A stretch of 63,427 nt of DNA, the filler included, from Sphacelaria rigidula (lineage: Eukaryota), in NCBI GenBank assembly GCA_964200075.2. It is 9 parts of 9 records of this genome, joined end to end, with 100 filler letters (N's around TTAATTAATTAA, not from the genome) between each part and the next. Parts side by side here need not be neighbours in the genome. Positions count along the whole stretch, not along the records: positions 21,178 to 28,136 come from CAXNAA020017205.1; positions 28,237 to 35,195 come from CAXNAA020017206.1; positions 35,296 to 42,253 come from CAXNAA020017207.1; 6 more parts are not named here. One strand, written 5' to 3'. A model generated the notes under the pieces. That model was not told the DNA's origin, made no database searches, and saw only the letters and a program-made list of their open reading frames with translations. Numbering within the stretch: position 1 is the stretch's first letter; each line of letters starts with the position of its first letter. A program made the position numbers and the translations under genes. Below, one piece after another: positions 23,999 through 35,412 of this stretch.

Positions 23999-26900
23999 CT
24001 AGTCCAACGATTAGTGGCCCGCTACGTGAATTGCCGCCCGCGTTGCCGCCACCGCGAAATGCCTGTAGATTGTTTGGTCAAAATATCATGCGCCGTGCCG
24101 TCGTCTCTGGCCGAAACGATTTCGTCTTACGTCAGGATCTAGGCGGTGATGTAACTGTGCATAGCATGTATTGTTTACTCGGCAAGGAGACAGCAAGCCG
24201 GTGGCGATGCTACAATAGTGTAGTAACACTTTGCTGTGTGCCGAGTAAAGCACGGACGCTGCCGTTACATCAGGTATTCAGTGCATTTTCCTTTATCCAA
24301 CCGACGTACCCTATTCGTGCACGTGTCCTTGACAGTACCTTACAGTGCGGTACAGGACACGACGGTACAATACACGTATCTAATATGATATGATATGGTA
24401 TAGGGGTACCGTGGACGACGGTATACACGCTGACTCCACGGTGACGGGTCTTTTGGGACCCGGCACATCGGCATTTATCTCTAGGCAGCGGTGATTAGGG
24501 GGTGTTGCACTACGGTCTCCTCACCGTATACTGTATTGTACCGTAGGTACAACATGGTGCCAAAACCTCCCCAAAATCTCTCCACCCGCGGGTGTTTTCG
24601 GGGGATGTGGCATACAGTGTACCTGTTACTGACAATATATATATATATATATGTTGGGCCCCTTGCCAAACTTCGCGGCGTACCTACTTTTTCGGCGCGT
24701 GTTCTGGGGTAAATGAAACATTGGCACTGAAATTTGATTGACAAACTTGACAGCATTATTTGACCGACGTGTCTAAGCGGTGTAGGAGTGCTGATCCAAC
24801 TGGGGGCATAGGATAGTGGGGATGGTTTTGTACTTTCGTGAGCGTGTTCGTCTTCAAGCTTAGTGAAGGATGGGTACCCCGCTACGTACCATGATTAAAT
24901 TTGCCCTTGCGTTATGAACTTCACGGTCAGCTGGGTGGTTACGGGCGGTGAGACAGTGTCGTAGAAGGGAGACGTGCGGGTGGATGGGTGACACATACCT
25001 TTTCCACGCGAGAAAAAAACGAGATCAATACGAAAGAAAGATGTGGGGGGGGGGGGGGGCGAGTTTCTGTTCGTGCGTCACACGTCAACGTGCGTGTCAC
25101 ACTCCAGAATGTGAGTGGAAACGAGACTGATTGTCGCACCTTTTCTAAGGCAACGACATCCGTAGCGCTCAGCGAATTGCTTACGATGACCACACCGTAA
25201 CAACCGTGTCCGATGTCTCCCGCTCCAGCCTCAGGACGCGAAGACATCATTCTCGTTTGAGCAGCCTAAGGGAACAAGGAACAGAACACAGCTCAGAAGA
25301 AGAAGAACATAGCAAAACAGCAGCAACAACAACACTAGCAGTAACATCAAACAGCAGCAGTAGCAGCGATAAATTTATAGTAATCGTGCAGACAAATATA
25401 GAAGAAGAGAATGAAAACAGGAAGAACGAACGGCGAACAATGGAGGCGTTGAAGAAAGAAACGGGGGCATTATCGGACAGTGCAGTGCAGAGCAGCACAG
25501 TATATTACTTTAGAGTGGAGTATGTGTACTCTACATGATCAAAGATTGTGTCATTCAACAGCACTATGAAAAAAATAGGGAGATGCGGACATTGACGCTC
25601 TTTCAATTACCGAGCACGTCTACTAATAATAGCTACCTGTCTCCCTACCTCCCTCCGTCCCTCACTGACTAAAAGTGCAATATTCCGACAACATAGATAG
25701 TCTAGATGCAAAAAAAGCTACGAGATAATTATGTTTCTAAGGGAAATGTCGGTCACGCGGACAACAACAGCTCTGTTGCTGCTGACTATACATATATATA
25801 TATATGTGTGTGTGATGGTATTGTAGGTAACAGGAGACGGCACGTAATTCGCGAGATGAGATACAGAGAAATAGAGCAAGAAACAGGAAATAGGAGAATG
25901 AATGAAAGTTTAATACGACAAACAGGCGGGACACCGTGCCCTACTGCATGCCCCCCAACTTCTACGCACTACGCACTGCGTACAGAACAGGATGTATGTG
26001 GTGTGATAAAGGACTGTAGCTGCTGTATACAAACATGATATGACTGGCAGGTAGGAGTCGTAGGTTTTGGACGAATGTAGACACGTGCCTGCAGCTGTTA
26101 CACACAGCCGTCTCCCGATCGTGTCGCGTTTGGAAGCAAAGTACTGTACGTACACACGCGGCTACTTGGCTACCCCCAAAATTCCTCCAGGTCGGTCGAC
26201 TTTACGAGCCTCCAGAGAAATAAAACACCTCCGGAGGGGTGCGCGGCCCTCAAGAGGAGATTTTTCGGTTTCCTCCACAGGAAGTGAACGCCTCCGGAGG
26301 CTTGTTTTTGGGCAACATACAAAAAAGGATGCACCCTGGTACTTTCGGAACAAAAAAGGGTAACGCATTTTTTGCTTTGAGGCGCGGCGCTGCACGCGAG
26401 CTAAACACCATGAAAACACGTGCCAGCACCTCAGTCCCACTCTCAAGGTGTCTGGGCAGCATACCCGTCCATTTTTTTCATTTTCACAAGTGTTACTGGG
26501 CTGAAGTACGGCGCCGTAAATGAGAGCCTGTGAGAGTACCCTTTTCTGTGAGCAAAATAGGAGGGTACACCCTGCCCTCCGCTAAAAAGTTATGTTTTAC
26601 CCTTTTTGTGAAGTGGTGACCCTTTTCGTGAAGTGGTGACCGTACCGCCGTCTCGGCACAAGATACGCCGAGCAGTCACAACCATAGCCATTTTCGGTAT
26701 ATTAAACGTCACACCCCACCAAAAACAAGGCCGAAACCCAACGACACAGAAGAGTGTATAGTAGCACCCCTGCTGGTTGGTCCGACGATCCGGAAGATCC
26801 AACGGTGCATACAGGTCGCTTGTATGCCGGAGCTCACAACGATCCAACGAACATGGGTGGACACCTTGCCGACACACCAGCCCGAACGGCATCATGCTGC

Positions 26901-28136
26901 GGTGACAACGTCAGACCGTTGCCGGATCTTCAATTTGTGGCTCGGACACGGAGATGGACACCGACCGGACTCCGGATCGGAGGAAGAACGCCTGAATCCA
27001 ACGATGTAGACTGTACAATCGGGTGTCTTCCTCTGATCGTTGCCGTTGAACTCATGTCCCTTTCAGACCACCGCTCAGAATACCTAAAGCTGCCTGTGAG
27101 ACCAGCGCACCGCCGAATATATCCGCATGCTCTTGAAAAAAAGGCGTTGCGCGCTGTGATGAAACGACTGTTCTGAAACCCAGATGTGGTATCGCCCATC
27201 TGATCCCACGTGAGGGGCGTCTGTGTTGGAAGAGTTGAACTTGTGATACGAAAGAGTTGCACAGAGCGAAACGATATTTCCCCCCCATAAGCCTGCAGCA
27301 GTGAATCAGTTGTGGCTAGGTGCACGGAACGAATGCGGTGTACACGCGTGTCGATGACGGTATCACCAGAGAGAGAAGCAACGACAGAAAGGAAGCTTCT
27401 CGCCCATGTCATTTGTGTGTCCTCGCTCGGCGATTACCAATCGGTCGAGAGACTGGCATCATCTATGTTACCAGCATGTACCCAATTTTCCACGCGCCGG
27501 TACTCATGTTATTATGTTGCTGCGCATAGTCCCCCAAAGAACATCGAGGTGCGGAGAGATTTCGTCTCTTCTTGTCTCTGGAGCTCACCAATGCGAAGAT
27601 CAATTTATCTCTGTCTCTCTTTTCGGACAGGGTGCGCCTCTGTGCGCTGAAAAGCATGTCGTTGAAAAACAGGGCAATCTTCCCGTCACCGCTACTACTG
27701 TTCTCTGCCACACACATGCTAGCAAGGGCGGTGCTGCGGCGATAAGAAGAGATCCGATTTGAACTTGGGGGGGTTTTATTCATCGTTGATTTTACCCGAC
27801 TTGTGACCATCTAGGCGCCCGACCACAAGAGCGTGTCACAGGCCAGTTGGGGTGTGTGTGAGAGAAAGATCAAACACTTTTGGAGACCTTCTTGACGTGT
27901 GGGGTGAAAAAATATACCTATGCTGGTGACCTAACTGTTACTAGCGTGGTGTAGGGGGGTGCGGCAATGCTGCAATCTGGAGCTTTCGTTGCTTTACTCT
28001 ACTGACTGCCGTCTGCAGAGACGTCACCCACCATAACAACATGTATGTATCCAATTTCGGAACAGCATTAGAACAAAACACTTCGATTTTGTAAACTACG
28101 TCCACATGATTGAAATGACTCTTGTTACCTGAGGAA

Positions 28137-28236
28137 NNNNNNNNNNNNNNNNNNNNNNNNNNNNNNNNNNNNNNNNNNNNTTAATTAATTAANNNNNNNN
28201 NNNNNNNNNNNNNNNNNNNNNNNNNNNNNNNNNNNN
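28137..28236. other. Artificial contig spacer
   Basis: Same linker. Confidence 0.99.
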
Positions 28237-28445
28237 CGGTGCTTGCCTTTTATTTTTTATCGCGAGAGGGATTCAGCAGTCCCTTTCCCTCGTCGACCGT
28301 TAACCCTTTGACGGCGAGAGTAGGTAATCTGTTGAATCGGCATCAATTTTACTTGGAAAAAGTATGCATGATCCAGCAAGACTACCCTCGCGGTCCAAGG
28401 GTTAAGTCGAATTTCGTATACCCACGACATAGTCGCTCTTCTACG
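28237..28445 (-). mobile_element. SINE fragment (7327-7723 family) interrupted by a 98-bp MITE
   Basis: GAGGGATTCAGCAGTCCCTTTCCCTCGTCGACCG...GTCGAATTT.GT.TACCCACGACATAG matches 7540-7605. Confidence 0.85.
28304..28401. mobile_element. 98-bp piggyBac-like MITE, copy 1
   Basis: TTAA|CCCTT...AAGGG|TTAA; the uninterrupted homologous site is visible at about 7570; second copy at 34640-34737. Confidence 0.9.
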
Positions 28446-29122
28446 ACAGGTGAAAGGAAAACCGTCGGGAGCCTTTCTGGATCTTTGGTGCGTATCATCA
28501 GCGGAAATACCACGGTTTGGGGTATATAGTCCGAGTCCGATCCCATCGAAACCGCTTTCAAATATGTTTTCCCGTTAGGTTCCCGAGCTGGTGGCGGTCA
28601 CTACAACTGTACGCGTACACTTCTATCCATGTAGTCTACTGTCGAGGGTGCGCCCTGACCTCGTGATCTGTTTTCCTTCGCCGGCTCTGGGGGATGATTA
28701 CAGCATCTCCGCGCCGCTTTCTGCTCTCGGCATGGCTTCAAGTGTCACTCGCTATGCACCTACCAACTCTCCCACACTGTCAAGCACAACAGGGCGCACA
28801 CACACTGCTCGGGAGGCCGACCTTGGGCAACACTGTCCAACGTTTTCAGAAAGTTGTAATACGACTCTGTAGTAGGACTGTCTGAAAATCTAGCGGCGTA
28901 TGAAATGAGAAACCCCTAGATTTTCGACATTTTGTCGCCGACGAAGTCAGAGAAATCGAAAAGTATGAAAGAGAAACGTATCCTGCTGTATCGCATGCTT
29001 GCTCCCTTCTCCTACTCTGAACTTCCGTGCAAGCCGGATACACGTCATGTTTGTTTTACGTTGTTCGTGCTACTCGCTGTCTGTGTCACGTTGTGTGCTC
29101 AACACTCTTTCTTTCTGTATTT

Positions 29123-31033
29123 CCATTTTGAAACCCTCCCCTCCCGTCCCCGGGCCAGACGCCTTATTTTTTCAAGTTTTGACGAAGAAGAAAAATATAG
29201 AAACAGAAAAGACCGACGGCAACCATTTTTACTGGGGAAGACCAAAGCAGACTCCGTAAGCATACGTCATGGATGTACCGGAAATGAAACCCCGGAGCGG
29301 TCGGGTTGGGTTTGTCCAATGATATCACGCGACGGGCGAAGTGTGTCCAATCGTATGCATCGACAAAACTCTCACAAAACGGTACAAGCTTCCATATATG
29401 TGATGTTTTTCAGTTGGAATCTGTGAAATATCTCAATTTAAGTTCGGAAGGCGAATACGTCACATTACTATGCTTGAACTTGAAGTGGCGCACCAGTGTA
29501 TACTTGAAATTAAAGTTGTTCACCCTTTTGGTGGGCTGCATCATCAAGAGTTGGCGAGCGTAGGAAGCCACACTACACGGCCGGCGACAATGACATGGTG
29601 GAGCACGTGGAAATCCCGTCGCCACATGTGGAAGCGCTGAAGAGCGACCCATATGCAATTCACGTTCAGCTGGAAGAGGTGGCTGAGAAGCATGGCCAGG
29701 ACGCTACCAGGCGTATCGCTTAAGAAGCTGCAAGAGCGGTTGGGGCAGCCCATTGCCCCCCGGTGCACACCGCCCCCCCCCCGCTCGCTTACCGAACGTC
29801 AGCACAGTAACCACAGCAAGAGAAAACGCTGCGAGGCACACAGGATTGTGTGGAAGACATCAGGCGGGCGTGATTGCCAGCGTCCAGACAGGCGGACATA
29901 CTGGCAAACGGTCGACAATCGACCGGGACAGCCTTTCGCAACCAGCCTGACCCAGCTACAGCTACAGTCAGTGAACACACTCCACTACCATCCACTAGAA
30001 CTGAATAACGATGTAACGATGTTCCATGCACGAAGACAGAAGGTGTGGAATATCATTTTATGAAACCCCAATGCCGCCCACGAGGACAGACGGTCCGAAC
30101 GCGATAGCGCAAGCCGGAGTAATATACCTCACGCAGCACAAAGTGGGGCTGTGCAACGTTCAGGCATGATCAACCCGCATTATAGAGGTGGTTTCGTGGA
30201 AACGTACAGCTCAAAACATAGGATGAGATATGCGGTAATATCACAGCCTACGAAGTGACAGCCAGTATCGGATATGCCAAAGTAGCGGGCCCCGCCTACG
30301 TTGCACCAGGAGTATGTATAACGGCGGGGTATATGGCATCCTCGTCGCCGTTATGGAATGATCAAACCGTCGTGTGGTGCCGCATAAACGCGCACGACGG
30401 AGTGCAGTAACAAGCATGACGTGAGTTTACACTTGAAATAAGCTGACAATATCATGATCACACGCAGTACAGAGGAGTAGGTGAACACACCCCCACAGGG
30501 CCTGACGGTGCCTGTCTCCGAATGCAGACAGTAGACGGGGGCATAACTGAAGTAAATGTGCCGTCGGCGTCGGCTTCGTCATTGCAACTTAGGCGTAGGC
30601 TGGCCATGATGCGGCACGAAGCATCTACTGCAGGTGGGGCGTGAGGATTGCTTCACGAAATGTCAGCCATGCAATTTTGCCGGGGTTAAAAAAACACCGA
30701 CGGGTCGAACAACTCGCCATACCTGTAAAATAGAGAACGTTCTTTTCTTCCATGTTCCATTCGCACGGGTCCACACTCTGGACAATAGAATGCACAGTCA
30801 TAGAGTGTACTGCGTACAGTATCGACTATTGTGCCTATTGCAATAGACAATAGATTCCATACTGTACGCAGTACATTTTTTTACAATAGAATGTATTGAC
30901 CAGGGTACGCACGGGTCTGAAAAACACGGTTTGGGCGCATCGTTTGCTCAAAGGCTGTAGAAGAACAACCATTTCTTGCCCGAAAAAATGTCAAATGTAA
31001 ATCGTCTACTTTCCATCAACGGTTTCAAAAGGG
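29123..31033 (-). mobile_element. Non-autonomous piggyBac-like element, about 1.9 kb (relative of 33053-34609, inverted)
   Basis: TIR CCATTTTGAAACC / GGTTTCAAAAGGG; both subterminal regions and internal blocks align to 33053-34609; flanks ATTT/ATAT. Confidence 0.75.
30772..30907. mobile_element. Short palindromic MITE (1433-1773 family) with 9-10-bp TSD
   Basis: TSD CGCACGGGTC at 30762-30771 and 30908-30917; the corresponding site in 33053-34609 is empty. Confidence 0.8.
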
Positions 31034-31593
31034 ATATGCTGCTGTGCTGACTTCATGAGAACACACCACTGTCACACCAACCGTTCTCGGCGTGCGGTCC
31101 GGTTTGCGCCCTACACGCAATGATGGAGCTCGTGCGGTATGTGCCGGGGGGACGGAAAACCCATCGGGCCTGTCGGCCAATAGCATCTACATCTAAAAAG
31201 GCCAAACCGAGGGAAGACTGAAACGGTATTTTTGCTGCAGACTTGGGGGAAAAATCTGCTAGCCCAAACGCCGTACTGGTAAAGATTGGAGATCCCGCGG
31301 ACTTGGAATTGTTGGCCAATAGAAAAGACCGAGCTCAACACTCGAATTTGATCTTCACATCATCATAGTTGATGAGGTTTTTAAAAGCCAGTGGTTGAAA
31401 CCAACATCGGGTTACAGTCCGTTCATGCTCTGGACTTGAATACCATACTCTGGACTTGAAAACCATACCCGAATTTAGTCTGCGCGAACACTCTAGTAGG
31501 TGAAAAATGGGTTGGAAGTTCGCATTTTGAATTTCAAAACAATTTCAAGGCCGCTGATTGGTAGAGGTACTTTCCGCCTTTTTTTCGCCCTTT

Positions 31594-32062
31594 GGCCACT
31601 CCTTGGAACAGACAATAATGAAAGTCTGGAAAAGTTCCTTTTTTGGAGCTTCTTCGTCGTTTTCCGCCCTACATGAGAGCTAGGCGGTGTTTTACACCAT
31701 GGAATGACTCTCTCTACTCGTTAAGGCGATTCCAGGGCATGTCCGCATTTTCCGGTGGCGGCAGTTTTTATTTTGGCCAAACAAGCATTTTTGTCCAGAG
31801 ACTGTCAAGAACGGTCAAATCTAGAAACTTGCCATTTTTCTTTGGACTTGGCCGTCTCTGGACACAAATGCTTGTTTGGTAAAAATAAAAACTGCTGCCA
31901 CCGGAAAATGCGAACATGCCCTGCAACCGCCTCAACGAGTAGAGAGAGTCATTCCATGGTGTCAAACACCGCCTAGCTCTCTTTGTAGGGCGTGAAACGA
32001 CCTAAAACCTCCAAATAATCACTTTTTCAGATTTTTATATTTGTCTGTTATTTGGAGCAGCC
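31594..32062. mobile_element. Foldback MITE with about 210-bp arms, PIF/Harbinger-like ends
   Basis: Long palindrome (for example CACCATGGAATGACTCTCTCTACTCGTT / AACGAGTAGAGAGAGTCATTCCATGGTG); GGC...GCC termini; flanks TTT/TTA. Confidence 0.8.
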
Positions 32063-33052
32063 TTAGCGTCACTAGTATAGTCTTGAACATAAATTTGGCT
32101 AGGTTATTCTCTTCGGTTGTCCATGGCGCTCAGTATGATACCATGCATGCAACCACTGGGTAGTATCGCGGAAGGCATTCGTGAACTAGGCAGTAAAATA
32201 CGCGAAGTAGCAGAGCTAGCTCAAATATAAAATTGCCACAGTTATTGACAAGAAATCGGACCTGGAAGGTGATTTTGTTTGTTTTTTCGTGCAAAAACCA
32301 ACCTGGTGATTTCAAAATAGCGTGCGGCAAATGCTTCCTCTCATCAATACCCGGAGGGAATTTTCTTTCCCCCCAGAATAACGAAATTTCACAAGATACC
32401 GTGCATTTTGATTTGCACCTCAGTGTAACACTTCCCCCCTTCCCCCAATATACCCACGCGTACACACACCAGAAGGATGCAATCGCATAAGACAAATGTG
32501 TTTCCTCCTAAGTTCCTCGACCACGGGGGCAAAATGCTGCTGCACGCCTGTTGGCAAAAGACTTTACTTCTGCGATACCCCTGCCAAGCGTCAGTGTCCT
32601 CTTTTGGCGTCCAGTTGCGCCTACAAAAAACCATCTCCCAGAAACTTATGGTGGCACTGTCGGCGAGCAAAATATTGGAGGACGATGTCCGGGCGTGCAT
32701 ATAGTTGCTTAATGGCCCTTTCACCAATACATGGGCCAGAATTTTAAGCCCAAGGATTTCAGGAGAGAGATTTTCCCGAACCCGACTTCCCAAATACATG
32801 GTTGAACATCCCTTGTATTTGTCGGATCACAACAGTAACCCTTATCCGACCGGTCACCCCGGTGGCTGAGTTGGGTAACCTCGAAACCCTCCGACGGTTG
32901 AGACATGGGTTCGAATCTCGGTGGAGTCACACGATCTTGGATTTTTCTCGCATAACGCCCAACAATGGAGAGCGACTCCGTCGTGGGTGCACAAATTCGA
33001 CTTCACGGTCGACGAGGGAAAAAGACGAGGGCCCTACGCGTTACACGTTTAA

Positions 33053-34609
33053 CCCTTTTGGAACTCACAATGGAAAATTGATCATTTGGAACTGACGGTT
33101 TTTGAGCAAGATATGGTTGATGGTTCACAGCTTGGGCGCAAAATTTTTGGCCCAACGCGTATTTTTCAGACCCGTGCGAGTGACAGGTGGAACAAGGGAA
33201 GGTTTCCTCTTTTCTTGCTGCGGCGAGGTCCAGAACCCGTCGGCGTTTTTGTTCTACACTCATGAGCTCCTTTCCTGGTCATGGTGCGCGGCGAGCCTCT
33301 GTGAAACATGCTTCCCGCCTGACCTGCACGCCCTTCCCGCTGCAGTTTATACACTTCGCAGAGTCATAGCAACAAGGGCAACGTCGAGAGCACATTCGCC
33401 ATATTTATGAACTGGTAGTGTAATGCAATCCCAGGCAGTCACCTTTCCATGCCGCCGGGGGTGCTGCGATACAGCCCTGTGCAGTACTGGGTGTGTTTAC
33501 AGCAGTTTGGGTTAACCTCGACTGCAGACTCGCGTCATGCACAACATCGCGCTCATGCACGTTCCAACAGCACCATCTCGCCGTTTGAAGAAATGCGTAA
33601 AGGCGACGCAGACGCCATGTGTCCTGCAGTCATGCACCGTCAATGTGGTGTAGAGTCTGCCAAGTGCCGTCGCCCCAGGGGTGATGCCTTGCTGCTTCGT
33701 GTTATATCTGTATTATATTTTGAAAATATATCGTATTTTGAAAAAATCTCCGTAGAACGCGAGGCATGCACAGAACTGCGCTCTGCCAAGCACGTGCCGA
33801 CAACATCATACTGCGGGTTGACTATTACACAACGGCTTAGCGAAAGGCACAGTTGTCCCACCACATCTATACCGCGGGCTGAGCGTGCCCGACCGTTGCA
33901 CCGACATACCTCATCCTGCATGAGATTTATGACGGCGGCTACCGCTATCGTCTCGTGCCGTCTACTCTCGTGGCCGACTTTTCACATCTTTATATTTATC
34001 TTGCACAAAGTTTGGCCGCAAGTCAATACTGTAGCCTACTGTATTTACTGACTGTAGTATTTTTCATCTGGCCTGATTACGGTAGGCGGTGCCCGTTGGC
34101 TCCCACCCGTGTGCATGTATATCGCCTGTGCGGACGCCTGCGATTACGCCCACCATGTACCGCCCGCACAACTCACTGTGCCTTCCACATTTGGTGACGA
34201 GATTTCGCTGGATTCAGCCACACGATGCTGTATGTACGGGGTGGTTTGGTAAACTCGCCACCCGATGCTGCAGCCCGTCAAAGCGGTGCTTCCGTTATCT
34301 ACAAATCCTAATATACAAACGTGCTTGGTTGGACCCTGGAGCCCATTGCTGTTTTTTGAATGGAGTATTTCATGCTGGTTTTGCTGATTATTGTCGATGG
34401 TTATAATTGGACTCACTTCATCCGTTGCGTGGTATGATTGGACAAACCTTAAACCTTACCCAAATTCTCCAGAGGGGACATTCTTCTCCGGTCTTCCATT
34501 ATAAAAATAGTTGCCGTCGGCCTATTCTGTTTGCATGTTTTCCTCTTCGTCAGGGCTTCTCACAATAAGGCGTTTGGCTAGGGGACAGGAGGGGAGGGTT
34601 CCAAAATGG
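33053..34609 (+). mobile_element. Non-autonomous piggyBac-like element, 1557 bp
   Basis: TTAA|CCCTTTTGGAAC ... GTTCCAAAATGG|TTAA; no recognisable transposase. Confidence 0.85.
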
Positions 34610-34639
34610 TTAAGAGTCTCGTTTCACGTCAAAAGTTAA

Positions 34640-34737
34640 CCCTTATACCGCGAGCTTAGTCTTTGTGGATGATGCATACTTTTTTCAAGTGAAATTGATG
34701 CCGATTCAACAGGTGACTTACTCTCGCTGTCCAAGGG
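34640..34737. mobile_element. 98-bp piggyBac-like MITE, copy 2 (opposite orientation)
   Basis: TTAA|CCCTT...AAGGG|TTAA; reverse-complement homologue of 28304-28401. Confidence 0.9.
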
Positions 34738-35100
34738 TTAAGCTAGGCTAGTAATACGGTGGGGGACCACGTGGGGAGCCCTGATTTGACCTCACTTTTG
34801 AACAGGAGTCCCCATGTGGTCCCCATCCCCCACTGTAGTTCTAGTGTGGCTTACCTTTTGACGTGAAACGTGAACGTGTAACATGTAGCCCCCCGAAAAA
34901 GACCGCTGAACCCTTCTCGCGACATGAAGAAAGGCAAGCACCACAGGAGGAACGTGGAATATTGAAACGAAATGAACAGTAGAAACAAACTCCTGTGTCG
35001 ACCTTCCTCCCTGTTTGACCTCGGCTGATGCGCCCACATGTACCAACAGGTGCAGACTGGCGTCCAGAAAAGGTGGGATGACAACACATATCACAACACA

Positions 35101-35138
<38 letters not shown>

Positions 35139-35195
35139 CCCTAACCCTCCCTGTGAGTTACACATTTTTTTCGGTGGGTTGGGCACCATCCAGAT

Positions 35196-35295
35196 NNNNN
35201 NNNNNNNNNNNNNNNNNNNNNNNNNNNNNNNNNNNNNNNTTAATTAATTAANNNNNNNNNNNNNNNNNNNNNNNNNNNNNNNNNNNNNNNNNNNN
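35196..35295. other. Artificial contig spacer
   Basis: Same linker. Confidence 0.99.
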
Positions 35296-35412
35296 CGTTA
35301 TAGATCGGAAGCAAGCGCATTCGAACTACCGTTGTCGCTACCAACGGCGACTGCAAGTAGAATTTCGTAGGAGAAAACGCCCCCCCCCCCCTCCCCTATC
35401 GTAGCATGACTC
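35296..35412. mobile_element. Right part of a Sola2-like MITE (37808-38059 family)
   Basis: Aligns to 37942-38059 and ends CCCCTATCGTAGCATGACTC. Confidence 0.8.

Larger units (their letters stand above)
33027..34894. mobile_element. Mutator-like palindromic MITE (about 205 bp once its two insertions are removed), 9-bp TSD
   Basis: TSD GAAAAAGAC at 33018-33026 and 34895-34903; G-rich termini; reconstructed left arm pairs with right arm (GTTACACGTT, CGTTTCACGTCAAAAG, GGGGACCAC.TGGGGA). Confidence 0.85.
32850..35136 (+). mobile_element. tRNA-derived SINE split by nested insertions (5' part 32850-33026, 3' part 34895-35136)
   Basis: A box TGGCTGAGTTGG, B box GGTTCGAATC; the two halves rejoin to match 7327-7723; (CA)n tail. 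Confidence 0.88.

Noticed and set aside
26754-27412. Possible recombinase-like peptide (VAVELMS...ALRAVM)
   Set aside because: No catalytic H-x-x-R or Y motif follows, and the similarity is too short.
32850-32930. tRNA gene
   Set aside because: A and B boxes are present, but the cloverleaf is degenerate and it continues into a SINE body seen in several copies.
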